A DNA stretch of 64,000 nt. It comes from Thermoplasmata archaeon (GTDB taxonomy: Archaea > Thermoplasmatota > Thermoplasmata > UBA10834). Positions 9,515 through 18,629 of this stretch are shown one piece after another. The stretch lies in NCBI GenBank assembly GCA_038852315.1, contig JAWCKF010000004.1, positions 27,265-91,264 on the forward strand, given 5' to 3'. How positions within the stretch are numbered: position 1 is the stretch's first letter; every line of letters starts with the position of its first letter. The notes under the pieces were generated by a model. It had not been told where the DNA came from, did not search any database, and saw only the letters and a list, made by a program, of their open reading frames with translations. A program made the position numbers and the translations under genes.

Positions 9515-10908
9515 GACACGGGCCCACCAGACGTGTCCTGCGAAAGCCTCTCTTTGAAGAACTCCTCGTGTATCGCATTGACCGTGTTCTTGAGGTCCCT
9601 CCTGTCAACGGTGAAGTGGTACGCGACCATGGATGCCCCCGCGGATATGAGGTCGACGTTCACGTTCTTCGCTGCGACGGCCTTGAAGACCCTGGCGGCT
9701 ACGCCCTTCGTGTACCCGAACCCCTCGCCGACGGTACAGACCAGCGCCACGCCCGGGTTGATCTCGTAGCTCTCGCCCATGTCGCCTATGGTTGCCTTTA
9801 TCGCTTTCTTGGCCGCGGGTATGTCGGCCTCGTCTATGAGGACTGCGACACATGTCTGGGATGTCGCAGCGGAGATGACGTTGATCCCGGCCTTCGAGAG
9901 GCACGAGGTGATGTCTGCCAGGAACCCGGACTTGTAGCCAGCACCCGTGTCGTAGACCTTCAGCGTCGCGATGTTCGCGAGGTACGAGACGCTCTTTATG
10001 ACCTCCTTCCTCGCGAGCCTGCTGCTGCCTATTATGGTGCCGGGCGAGTGGGGCTTGTACAGGTTCTTTATCACTATGTCGATGTTCTTGAGCCTGGCGG
10101 GCTGCACGGCCCGAGCGTGAAGAACCTGAGCCCCGAAGTACGCGAGCTCGGCCGCCTCCTCGTACGACAGCCTGTCGATCTGGAAAGCCTCCTTCACGAG
10201 CTTCGGGTCGGCGCTCATGAACCCATCCACCTCCTTCCAGATCTCTATGGGCCTCGCGTTCGCGGAGTACGCAACCACTGCGGCAGTGTAGTCGGTCCCG
10301 CTCCGGCCGACGGTGGTCACGTGCCCCGACTCGGTTATCCCGAAAAAGCCCGTGACCACGGGCGTGATGCCCTTCTTGACGGCGCTCTCGAGAGTGGGCC
10401 CCATGTTCTTCTCGCACTTGTCAAGTATCGCGACCGCGTTCCCGTGCTGCTCCGTGGTGATGAGCCCCAGCGCGTCAGTCTCCATGGGGACCGCATCGAG
10501 ACCCTCGTGGCTCAGTCTGGCGGCGACGACGACCGCTGAGAGCCGCTCGCCGAAGCTCATGACCAGGTCATAGGTCCTGGGTGTGAGCTCTTCGGTGTAT
10601 GTGATGCCGTAGAGCAGTCGCTCCAGCTTGGTCATCTTTGCCTCTATTATCTCGAGGGCCTCCTTCCTCACGCCACCGTCCTTCTTCGGAAGCATGTCCA
10701 CATGCCTCAGCTTCAGGCCCAGGAGGTAGTCGTCTATCTCCTTCTCCTGCCGCGGCTTGGACATGAAATCCTTCAGGGAATTCGTCACGCCCGAGGCGGC
10801 TGAGACCACCACTATCTTCTGCTCCTTCTCGTCCTTGACCACCTTGGACACCCGGGTGAGGGCGTCCTCGGACCCGAGGCATGTGCCTCCGAACTTCATT
10901 ACCTTCAT
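9511..10908 (-). CDS. lysC: Aspartate kinase
   Basis: VMKFGGT, VVVSA, SFGERLS, GRSGTDYTA, EAAELAYFGA and two ACT domains; SD GGAGGTG 5 nt before ATG. Confidence 0.95.
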   Translation of the reverse strand: MKVMKFGGTCLGSEDALTRVSKVVKDEKEQKIVVVSAASGVTNSLKDFMSKPRQEKEIDDYLLGLKLRHVDMLPKKDGGVRKEALEIIEAKMTKLERLLYGITYTEELTPRTYDLVMSFGERLSAVVVAARLSHEGLDAVPMETDALGLITTEQHGNAVAILDKCEKNMGPTLESAVKKGITPVVTGFFGITESGHVTTVGRSGTDYTAAVVAYSANARPIEIWKEVDGFMSADPKLVKEAFQIDRLSYEEAAELAYFGAQVLHARAVQPARLKNIDIVIKNLYKPHSPGTIIGSSRLARKEVIKSVSYLANIATLKVYDTGAGYKSGFLADITSCLSKAGINVISAATSQTCVAVLIDEADIPAAKKAIKATIGDMGESYEINPGVALVCTVGEGFGYTKGVAARVFKAVAAKNVNVDLISAGASMVAYHFTVDRRDLKNTVNAIHEEFFKERLSQDTSGGPVS

Positions 10909-11684
10909 TGTATCACCTCCGCAGGTCTCACGGTGTGTCCGAAGTAGCTGGATGACGACATCTTGCTGTGCACAGTCACCCGCTCAGGGGAGTGCTCGAC
11001 GGCCACGATTCTCGGCAGGTCGCCGCAGACTGCGACCTTCTCGTCCCTGATCACCATCCCGGCCCGGAAGCCTGCGAGTCCTCTAAAACCTTCGAAGCAG
11101 CGGGAGAGCGATTCTCCGTCGACCGCCCTGTTCCCTATGGCCGTGGCCAGCGCATCTGCTAGGACGGCGTCCGCCGCGATGGCCACAGCAGCGTCCGCAT
11201 CCCCGAAGCTTATCGAGTGCCCCAAGCGTCCGCTGGATGTGCAGATGCCGATGATGCCCCCTGTCGGTTCGATCTCCAGACCGAGGGCGTCCGTGCGCCC
11301 AGGCTCGCATAAGATCTCGACGACGACCTTCTCCCCGGCCATCAGCGCGATGTCTCCGCCGTTGTCGACCCATCCGTGACGCAGCCCCGAGGCGACCATT
11401 GCCTCCAGAGCCTCCTGGGCGACAGCACCCGCAACCGCGGCCATCGGGCCGACGCCGGCAGCCCTAGCCGCATCGCACATGCGCCTGACGACTCTGGACG
11501 AGTCCGAAGGAGGATCGTACGGCTCGATAGTTGTGAGGAAGAAGCGGTCCCTCCGGATCTGTCTCTCGATGTCCCTGCGGGCCGCCTTCATGGCCTCGAC
11601 GGCGGGGCCGATGAACTCCCTATCGGCGCCGATCGTAGCCGCCGTCTCGTCTATCTCCACCTTTGCAAGCACGAACTCGCTCAT
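10905..11684 (-). CDS. UPF0280/ApbE-like protein (COG2122, MA1715-like sulfide assimilation protein)
   Basis: GPMAAVAGA, VDNGGDIA, GICTSSG..GHSISFGDAD and LADALATAIGN motifs. Start MSEF at 11684 overlaps the upstream stop (ATGA). Confidence 0.88.
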   Translation of the reverse strand: MSEFVLAKVEIDETAATIGADREFIGPAVEAMKAARRDIERQIRRDRFFLTTIEPYDPPSDSSRVVRRMCDAARAAGVGPMAAVAGAVAQEALEAMVASGLRHGWVDNGGDIALMAGEKVVVEILCEPGRTDALGLEIEPTGGIIGICTSSGRLGHSISFGDADAAVAIAADAVLADALATAIGNRAVDGESLSRCFEGFRGLAGFRAGMVIRDEKVAVCGDLPRIVAVEHSPERVTVHSKMSSSSYFGHTVRPAEVIQ

Positions 11685-12082
11685 ATCAGTATCTCCATCG
11701 CCCTTGGTGGGCACGCATCGATGCACACGCCGCACGCCACGCACTTCTCCTCTGTGAACGTGATCTTGCCCGTCTTCAAATCCACGGCCAGGGCCTTCGT
11801 GGGGCATATCGACACGCACATTCCGCAGTGTGTGCAGAGGTCGTCGTCCCTCCTCACGCCCTCCTTTATGGGCCGGACGCCCACGCGGTTGGCCTTCAGG
11901 AAATCGATACCCTTCCTGATGTCGTCGGCCTTGCCCGACAGTTCGAGCACCATCTTGCCGCCGAACTCGTCTATCTCGGCCCTGAGGATGTTGACGACGA
12001 GGTTGTGCTTCGCTATCAGGTTGTGGGTTATCGGCTGGTTCGACGCCTCCGGACTGAAGTTCAGCACCACTTTGGTCTTCAA
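11681..12082 (-). CDS. NIL-domain 2x[4Fe-4S] ferredoxin (MA1822-like; homocysteine biosynthesis)
   Basis: VNILRA NIL motif and two CxxCxxCxxxCP motifs. Confidence 0.9.
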   Translation of the reverse strand: MKTKVVLNFSPEASNQPITHNLIAKHNLVVNILRAEIDEFGGKMVLELSGKADDIRKGIDFLKANRVGVRPIKEGVRRDDDLCTHCGMCVSICPTKALAVDLKTGKITFTEEKCVACGVCIDACPPRAMEILI

Positions 12083-13288
12083 TCACATCGCCTCCTTCTC
12101 GGTCCTCACCTCGAGAGGTCGGAAGACTCTGTCCATCGAGAAGTTCTGGACAGGCTTCTCTATCATGAACTCGCCCTTCAGTATCCAGTTCTTGAGCGTC
12201 TCTGATATCTGCCGCGCTTTGAAGAGGCTCGAGAGCGACGATGTGGGCACCCGCTTGCCCTTGACAGTTATCTCGCCCGACCTCAGCTCGGCGTATGTGA
12301 CCTCCCGGAGCACGGTCCGGGAGCGCTTGGGCTCGCTGTAGTCGAACAGCGCCGTGACTATCCTGTCGTTGGTGACCGCACAAGTCCTCGCCATCTCCTC
12401 GTCGAGTATGGGGATGGGCACGCCTATGCCCAGGCCCAGCGATGTGCCGTACTTCGTGAAGGTGAGCCCGCGGAGGAAGTCAGGGGACATCTTCTTCAGG
12501 TCTCCTATCACGGCCAATGACCCAGCAGGCCTCTTGGGCACGCCCTCCTCGGTGCGCGGGACGCCGGGGTTGAACTGCGTGCCCTCCCACACGACAAACC
12601 CCTGCCCGCCCCCAAGGAAGATCCTCGTGCCTATGCCTATCGTCCTGTAGTACGGGTCGTTGATCAGCGGAGAAAGCTCTCCAGCGCTGCAGTAGGTCGC
12701 GTTCCCGAACTCGGGCAGGAGCTTGCCCATGTACGTGTACAGCGTCCTCGCGGACGAGTTCGTCGCGGCCGCGTAGTTCTGGTAGCAGTTCCGCGTGTTG
12801 AACAGCACGGCCTGGTTCACAGTCTTCAAGCTGATGTATGTGTCGATCTCCTTCCTGGGGTAGCAGTCGGTGCCGTACGAAGTTGCCCTGAGCCTCACCG
12901 CTTTGCCTCTCACCAGGTCCTCGATCACATGCGCGCCGCCGTGAAGCATGTTGTTCGACTCGTCCAGCTCGGTCGCCCCCAGATACGCGTCGACTGCCGC
13001 CAGGCCGGCGTAGGCGGGTATGCCGTCGAGCCAGACCTTCTGCATCTTGATGGGCGGGTCCGAGTGGCCGAAGTTGAAGTAGGCGCCCGAGGAGCACATC
13101 GCACCGAATGTGCCCGTCGTCACCACATCTACCTCCTTCGCCGCCTTTCGCACGCCGTTTGCCGCTGCGAACTGCTTGAACTCCTCCGCGGTCATCACGA
13201 CCGCCTCGCGGTCGGCTATCTTCTGCCTTATCTCCTCGAAGCTTTTTGTCGTCCCCGCGGCCTTCTTCGTCACTCTCGCCCTGGTCAG
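12083..13288 (-). CDS. L-aspartate semialdehyde sulfurtransferase / homocysteine biosynthesis protein (DUF39, MA1821-like)
   Basis: AVVMTAEE, VDVVTTGTFGAMCSSG, GLAAVDAYLGAT, GTDCYPRK, RNCYQNY and IGIGTRIFLGG motifs. Start CTG 13288 or GTG 13273. Confidence 0.9.
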   Translation of the reverse strand: MTRARVTKKAAGTTKSFEEIRQKIADREAVVMTAEEFKQFAAANGVRKAAKEVDVVTTGTFGAMCSSGAYFNFGHSDPPIKMQKVWLDGIPAYAGLAAVDAYLGATELDESNNMLHGGAHVIEDLVRGKAVRLRATSYGTDCYPRKEIDTYISLKTVNQAVLFNTRNCYQNYAAATNSSARTLYTYMGKLLPEFGNATYCSAGELSPLINDPYYRTIGIGTRIFLGGGQGFVVWEGTQFNPGVPRTEEGVPKRPAGSLAVIGDLKKMSPDFLRGLTFTKYGTSLGLGIGVPIPILDEEMARTCAVTNDRIVTALFDYSEPKRSRTVLREVTYAELRSGEITVKGKRVPTSSLSSLFKARQISETLKNWILKGEFMIEKPVQNFSMDRVFRPLEVRTEKEAM

Positions 13289-14358
13289 ATCATCCCCTCC
13301 TTGTATGCGAGCTCTGCGTTCAGCACGGATCCCCCCGCTCCTCCTCTTATCGTGTTGTGCGACAGCAGGAAGAACCTTAGCCGATGATCGTCGGTCCTTA
13401 TCCGGCCCACCGTGACGGCCATGCCCCTGGCCCTCTCCGGGGTTCCGGCATACGAGTCCAGGAGAGGCTGCGGTCGGTCGGGCTCTGCCCTCACTATTAT
13501 CGGCGCTTCCGGCGCGCTCGGGAGTCCAAGCCTCTGCGGCTCGGACCTGAAGCTGGCCAAGGTCTTCGCTATCTCCTCCTCTGGGGGCATCTCCTCGTGC
13601 CATATGAAAACGGCCTCGAGATGGCCGTCCCTGACGTTTACCCTGGCGCACGAGGCGGATACATCCACCGGGGAGTCCACAAACCTTCCTCCCTCGTACC
13701 TTCCCAGGATCTTCTTCGCCTCGGCGGCCATCTTCTCCTCCTCGCTCTTGATGTAGGGCAGCACGTTGCCCAGGATGTCCAGGGACGGCACGCCCGGATA
13801 TCCGGCACCAGAGAGGGCCTGGTATGTCGCGACGTCGACAGCCGTGAAACCGAAGCGGTCCACCAGAGGCTTGAGGCCTATCGCAAGTCCGGTGATGGAG
13901 CAGTTCGCGTTTGTAACCACGAACCCGTTCCCGCGCCTGCGCCTCTTCTGGACCTCGACAGATGCCAGATGCTCATGGTTGATCTCCGGGATCAGGATGG
14001 GCGTGTCCTTCTCCATGCGGTGCGATGCAGCGTTGGAGAACACGGCCATCCCTCTGTCCGCGCACTCGTCCTCCACAGGACCGGCCACGTCCGACGGCAG
14101 CCCGCTAAAGACGACCTCGACGCCTTCCTTCGCCAGCGATTCTGGTTCCGTCGATTCTATGACGACGCCTTCGAGTCTCTCTGGTATCGGGAGGTCCTTC
14201 AGCCTCCAGACATCTTCGAGCCTCTTGCCCTCCGACCTGTCAGATGCGCAGTATGCCACGACGTCGAAGTACGGGTGATCGTTCAGCATCTGGGCGAACC
14301 TCTGTCCTATCATGCCGCTAGAGCCTAGTATGGCAGCCTTCCTCTTGCCCATGGTCAC
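13285..14358 (-). CDS. asd: Aspartate-semialdehyde dehydrogenase
   Basis: GSSGMIGQRF, SNAASHRM, NANCS, QALSGAGYPG and HNTIRGGAG motifs. Confidence 0.96.
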   Translation of the reverse strand: MTMGKRKAAILGSSGMIGQRFAQMLNDHPYFDVVAYCASDRSEGKRLEDVWRLKDLPIPERLEGVVIESTEPESLAKEGVEVVFSGLPSDVAGPVEDECADRGMAVFSNAASHRMEKDTPILIPEINHEHLASVEVQKRRRRGNGFVVTNANCSITGLAIGLKPLVDRFGFTAVDVATYQALSGAGYPGVPSLDILGNVLPYIKSEEEKMAAEAKKILGRYEGGRFVDSPVDVSASCARVNVRDGHLEAVFIWHEEMPPEEEIAKTLASFRSEPQRLGLPSAPEAPIIVRAEPDRPQPLLDSYAGTPERARGMAVTVGRIRTDDHRLRFFLLSHNTIRGGAGGSVLNAELAYKEGMI

Positions 14359-15437
14359 ACCGCCTGGAAGTATCTTCTGTTCGATTCCATTATCCTTCTG
14401 AACTCCGTCGGATCAGGGGAGGTGGCCGCCTCCCCGAGCAGATCGAGAGCGTTCGACATGGCCTTTATGAGCCCCCTCGTCCGCGGGTTCAACGCCTCGA
14501 TGTCGTGATAAACCCTCGCGCTCTCCCTTGAGAGCTCGCGCGAGATCGCGGCGAGCTTGCGGAACGACGGCCCCTGTACGGCCTCCAACGTCCCGAGTTC
14601 CTTCCCTGATTGCGTCAACACAGCTCCGAACAACAGTCCACAGAGGTGCGGAAGGTTGAGGACGAAAGCCATGGCCTCGTCGTGCTGCTCGATGCCCATC
14701 CTCACCACGTTAGCCCCCTCTGCTCTGAAGATCCCCTCTGCCTCGTCGTCGGCCTCGGGGCAGCCACAGCTGCAGATGATGACGTTCCTGCCCATCGCAG
14801 TGGCAGAGCTGGGGCCGAACATCGGATGAACGCTCGTGATCCTTGCTCCGGATGAGGCAGCGCTCCTCAGCCTGCCCGCGATATGAGTCTTGACACTGCA
14901 GACGTCGAAGATGAGGCCGCGCGGTCCTTCGTCGATGATTCTGGTGATGTCCGAGGGGCACACGCCGGGCGGGCTAGCCACGACAGTGATGTCGCATTCG
15001 CCTGCGTGCCCGGGCCCGGCCACGTTCTCGTAGCCATCGAGGGTGCCCCGGCTGTCCCAGACGACGACCTCAGCCCCGCGGTTCGCGAAGCGCCTGCAGA
15101 ACCAGGCACCTGTCTTCCCAGCACCCCCGACAACGAGCACCCTCAGCCCGGCCAGGTCATTGCGCGAGTGCTGTAGCTGGAGCTTCACCGAGTGCTGTAT
15201 CAGGAGCTCTGCGAGCGCCTCCGACAGGCCGGGGTCAAGGCCCGTCTCCGCAGCTCTTCTCGCGAACGCGGCCCGCACCCGCTCCTCCCTCTCCCTGTCG
15301 CGGACCTCGAGCCCGTCCCTGGCCTTGACGAGACCTATCTCGGCTGCAATCTGCTGCCTCTGGGCCACGAGCTCTACTATCTGCTCGTCGATCCGCTCGA
15401 TCTCACTCCTGAGGGAGTCTATCTCGGCCTTCGTCAC
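14355..15437 (-). CDS. tyrA: Bifunctional chorismate mutase / prephenate dehydrogenase
   Basis: LRSEIERID..IV.L..R (AroQ) followed by VGGAGKTG, DVCSVK, HPMFGP and HDEAMA. GTG at 15437 overlaps the aroC stop. Confidence 0.88.
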   Translation of the reverse strand: MTKAEIDSLRSEIERIDEQIVELVAQRQQIAAEIGLVKARDGLEVRDREREERVRAAFARRAAETGLDPGLSEALAELLIQHSVKLQLQHSRNDLAGLRVLVVGGAGKTGAWFCRRFANRGAEVVVWDSRGTLDGYENVAGPGHAGECDITVVASPPGVCPSDITRIIDEGPRGLIFDVCSVKTHIAGRLRSAASSGARITSVHPMFGPSSATAMGRNVIICSCGCPEADDEAEGIFRAEGANVVRMGIEQHDEAMAFVLNLPHLCGLLFGAVLTQSGKELGTLEAVQGPSFRKLAAISRELSRESARVYHDIEALNPRTRGLIKAMSNALDLLGEAATSPDPTEFRRIMESNRRYFQAV

Positions 15438-16510
15438 AGGAACCCTCCTTGGAGCATCAGGTCCAGGATGACCGCAGCAGCTGCGTTCTCGACCACTGGG
15501 ACCGCCCGGGGGACGATGCAGGGGTCGTGTCTGCCCTTGATCTCCAGCTGTACGGGCTTCTTCTCGACCACATCTACCGACATCTGCGGCCTGGCGATGG
15601 ATGATGTAGGCTTGAATGCGACCCTGAACTCCACGGGCATACCCGTAGTGAGGCCGCCCAGGATTCCGCCCGCATTGTTCGTCTTCGTGATTATCCGGCC
15701 TTCCCTGACCGCGAATGGGTCGTTGTGCTCGCTCCCCCTCATGCTGGCGCACCTGAAGCCCGAGCCGAACTCGACGCCCTTGACGCCCGGTATGGAGAAC
15801 ATCATCTCGGAGAGCTTGCTCTCCACCGAGCCGAAGAAGGGTTCGCCGACACCGACGGGGAGGCCGTGTATCGAGCACTTGACAACCCCTCCTACGCTGT
15901 CCTTCTCCTTGTGTGCCTTGATGATGGCGGCGGCCATGAGCTCCCCCGTCCTCCGGTCCGCGCATCCGACTGGACTAGCCTTCACCAGCCTGGCCGCCGC
16001 GCTGAACGGGACCTCTTTCTTGAGGACCACGTCCCCTATCTGCACCGTCTGGGCGAGGAACGCCACTCCCTCTTTCTCGAGGACCTGCCTGGCTATCGCC
16101 CCCGCTATCACGAGCGCGGCGGTCATGCGTCCCGAGAACTGCCCTCCCCCTCTGTGATCGTGGTGGCCGCCATACTTGACCATGGCTGGGTAATCCGCAT
16201 GTCCTGGCCTGGGAACCCTCAGGAAGGCGTCGTAGGCTGATGAGTCCCGGTCTACATTCCTGACGAGTGCGACTATCGGACCGCCCGTGGCCTTTCCGTC
16301 CTTGATGCCGGAGATGATCTCGAGCCTGTCCCTCTCCTTCCTGGTCGTGGCCAGAGGCCCCCTGCCGGGCGCGCGCCTGTCCAGCTCCGCCTGGATGAAC
16401 GCCTCGGATATCCTCGCGCCCGGCGGACAGCCTTCTATCTTGGCGCCCACGCAAGGGCCGTGGCTGGTGCCGAACACGCCGACCTTGAACCTCGTGCCGA
16501 AATCGTTCAT
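15434..16510 (-). CDS. aroC: Chorismate synthase
   Basis: FGTSHG, RPGHAD, GGGQFSGRMTA, NNAGGILGG, FKPTSSI and GRHDPC motifs. Confidence 0.96.
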   Translation of the reverse strand: MNDFGTRFKVGVFGTSHGPCVGAKIEGCPPGARISEAFIQAELDRRAPGRGPLATTRKERDRLEIISGIKDGKATGGPIVALVRNVDRDSSAYDAFLRVPRPGHADYPAMVKYGGHHDHRGGGQFSGRMTAALVIAGAIARQVLEKEGVAFLAQTVQIGDVVLKKEVPFSAAARLVKASPVGCADRRTGELMAAAIIKAHKEKDSVGGVVKCSIHGLPVGVGEPFFGSVESKLSEMMFSIPGVKGVEFGSGFRCASMRGSEHNDPFAVREGRIITKTNNAGGILGGLTTGMPVEFRVAFKPTSSIARPQMSVDVVEKKPVQLEIKGRHDPCIVPRAVPVVENAAAAVILDLMLQGGFL

Positions 16511-17778
16511 CTCCTCACCTCCATGCGGCAACCCAGCTGGTGCATGTCCCGGATGAAGCCTGGATAGGAGACCGCATACGAGCTCTCGTCCGCTATCACG
16601 CTCTCCGAGGATGCGGCCAGCGCGGCCACGGCGGCCGCCATCAGTATCCTGTGGTCCCCCTGCGTTTCTACGGTCGCTCCTCGGAGCCTTGTTCCGCCCT
16701 CGATCTCGCACCCGTCCTGCCTGGGCTCGACCTTCGCGCCCATCGCTTTGAGGAAAGCGACCGTCGTGGAGATCCTGTCGCTCTCTTTCTCCTTCAGGGT
16801 CTCGCCCCCCCGCAGGACGGTCCTCCCCTTCGCGACAGCTCCGACAACTGCGAGTACGGGGAAGAGGTCCGGCGTGTGCCTCACATCAATCTCAGCACCC
16901 CGGAGGGCGCCTCCTCGGACCCTTACCGAGTCGGCACGGACGTCCACTTCCGCGCCGAACATCCGCAGGTACTGGACGATCGCCCTATCGCCCTGAGGAG
17001 AATCCTTCGCGAGGCCTCTGACGGTGACATCGCCCCCTGTGACAGTGGCTGCAGCGAGCGGGAAGGCGGCAGAGGAGTAGTCTCCCGGCACCGTGTAAGA
17101 CTCTTTCGAGAGTGTTTGCTGTCCGGGCACCAAAAAGCCGCTGGCTGATTCTTCGACAGCGCCCCCGAACTCCCGGAGCATCTCGAGAGTGATATCGACG
17201 TAAGGCCTCGACCTGAGCTCGCCCTTCACGACTATCTCCGTTGGCCCGCGCTTCTGCGTACACGCGATCAGCAGGGAGGAGACGAACTGCGAGCTCACAC
17301 CTCCCGGTATCTCGGCTCGCGACCCAGCGATCGCACCCTCCACAGCCAGTGGTGGGTAGCCGAGTTGGCCGAGGTACGCGCACTTCGCGCCGAGCTGGAC
17401 GAGCGCATCCACGAGAGGCTTCATGGGCCGCCTCACTAGGCTCTGGTCGCCCGTGAGGGTTGTCCTAGCCGGAAGAAGCGAGGCGATACCAGCCACAAGC
17501 CTTATCGTCGTGCCAGAGTTGCGCGCGTCTATCACGCCGGGCGGAGCCCTCAGTTCATCGCAGCGTATCCTGACCGAGTTGGAGTCGATCCTGACTTCGC
17601 TCCCGAGGGCGAATATCGCGTCCATGGTGGCCTTGGTGTCTTCTGACAGGAGAGGGTTCCTCAGTGTGAAGCTCTCGTGGGTCAGCATCCCGAGCACCAT
17701 CGCCCTGTGCGTGTATGACTTCGAGGGCGGCGCTGTGACGGTGCCGCGCGGCACTGAAGGGCGGACTACAATAGCCGT
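16507..17778 (-). CDS. aroA: EPSP synthase (3-phosphoshikimate 1-carboxyvinyltransferase)
   Basis: PPSKSYTHRA, NSGTT.R, SSQFVSS, KESDRI and DHRILMA motifs. Start proposed at ACG 17778; first canonical start is GTG 17754. Confidence 0.95.
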   Translation of the reverse strand, partial: TAIVVRPSVPRGTVTAPPSKSYTHRAMVLGMLTHESFTLRNPLLSEDTKATMDAIFALGSEVRIDSNSVRIRCDELRAPPGVIDARNSGTTIRLVAGIASLLPARTTLTGDQSLVRRPMKPLVDALVQLGAKCAYLGQLGYPPLAVEGAIAGSRAEIPGGVSSQFVSSLLIACTQKRGPTEIVVKGELRSRPYVDITLEMLREFGGAVEESASGFLVPGQQTLSKESYTVPGDYSSAAFPLAAATVTGGDVTVRGLAKDSPQGDRAIVQYLRMFGAEVDVRADSVRVRGGALRGAEIDVRHTPDLFPVLAVVGAVAKGRTVLRGGETLKEKESDRISTTVAFLKAMGAKVEPRQDGCEIEGGTRLRGATVETQGDHRILMAAAVAALAASSESVIADESSYAVSYPGFIRDMHQLGCRMEVRR

Positions 17779-18629
17779 GGGACCACCTCCGGGGCGGGGG
17801 TCTCGTTGATGCGCGCTCTGAGCACAGCGCCTCCGAGCGCCTCAAGTGCTCTCACCACAGCTGACGCTTCGGTATGCGAGCACAGCGCCACCGTGGCAGG
17901 GCCGGTTCCAGATATGCCGGCTGCGAGCGCCCCGTGCCTCCTGGCGGCCTCCGCTGCATCCTCCGGCACGTCCAGCACTTTTGCGTAAGCTCGTGAGTTC
18001 AATTCCATGGCCTTCATGTAGCTGCCCTTCATCGCCAGGTCGAACGCCTCTTCAACCTTCGCCCTTATGGGGCTGAAGTCCAGACCCTTGATGCTCGCCT
18101 TCGTTATCCGCCGCTCGGGTACATGGATGACCACGCTCAGGTCGGGGTCCATCCTCCCGCGGCCGAGTATGGTGAAGCTCCTGTTGTTGGTTACAACGAC
18201 GCCGCCGAGGTAGCACGCGGCGGCATCGTCGAACGCTCCAGTGATCGTAACGCCAGCCTTGATGGACTCCTCGATGCCGGCCATGATGAGCTCCATGTCC
18301 GTCAGGTTCGCATCCAAGGCTCTCGCGGTGGCCAGGCCGACCGCGTTCGAAACCGCGCTGCTGCTCTTCAGGCCGCGCGATATAGGTATCTCTGACCTTA
18401 TGGTGACCCTGCCGTGAACCTCCTTTCCAGCCTTCGATGCCACGGCTCGCACGCATCCTGCGACCAGGTTGCCGCCCTCATCGCCCTCGGTCGTCAGAAT
18501 GTCCCCTCGCCCGGGCTCGAGGTGGGCGACGACATCCGTCTCGAGGGAGATTCCGAATGCGGCGCCCTTGCCTGTCGCTATGGCGTTCACTATTGTCGCC
18601 GCCCCCCGACACGCGGCCCTGCCGATCAT
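17766..18629 (-). CDS. aroK: Archaeal shikimate kinase (GHMP family)
   Basis: NAIATGKGAA, GLKSSSA, TITGAFDDA and SGTGP motifs. Confidence 0.95.
   Translation of the reverse strand: MIGRAACRGAATIVNAIATGKGAAFGISLETDVVAHLEPGRGDILTTEGDEGGNLVAGCVRAVASKAGKEVHGRVTIRSEIPISRGLKSSSAVSNAVGLATARALDANLTDMELIMAGIEESIKAGVTITGAFDDAAACYLGGVVVTNNRSFTILGRGRMDPDLSVVIHVPERRITKASIKGLDFSPIRAKVEEAFDLAMKGSYMKAMELNSRAYAKVLDVPEDAAEAARRHGALAAGISGTGPATVALCSHTEASAVVRALEALGGAVLRARINETPAPEVVPRLL

Noticed and set aside
9568-10539. Long antisense and alternate-frame ORFs throughout (e.g. 9568-10539, 13384-14328, 32968-34017, 46697-47575)
   Set aside because: Shadow ORFs of GC-rich genes; they overlap well-supported genes and have no motifs.
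10905-16711. Long N-terminal extensions given by the ORF track (to 12383, 13651, 15965, 16711; also 54339, 56827, 59397)
   Set aside because: They run through upstream genes in another frame; true starts sit at SD/stop-overlap positions.
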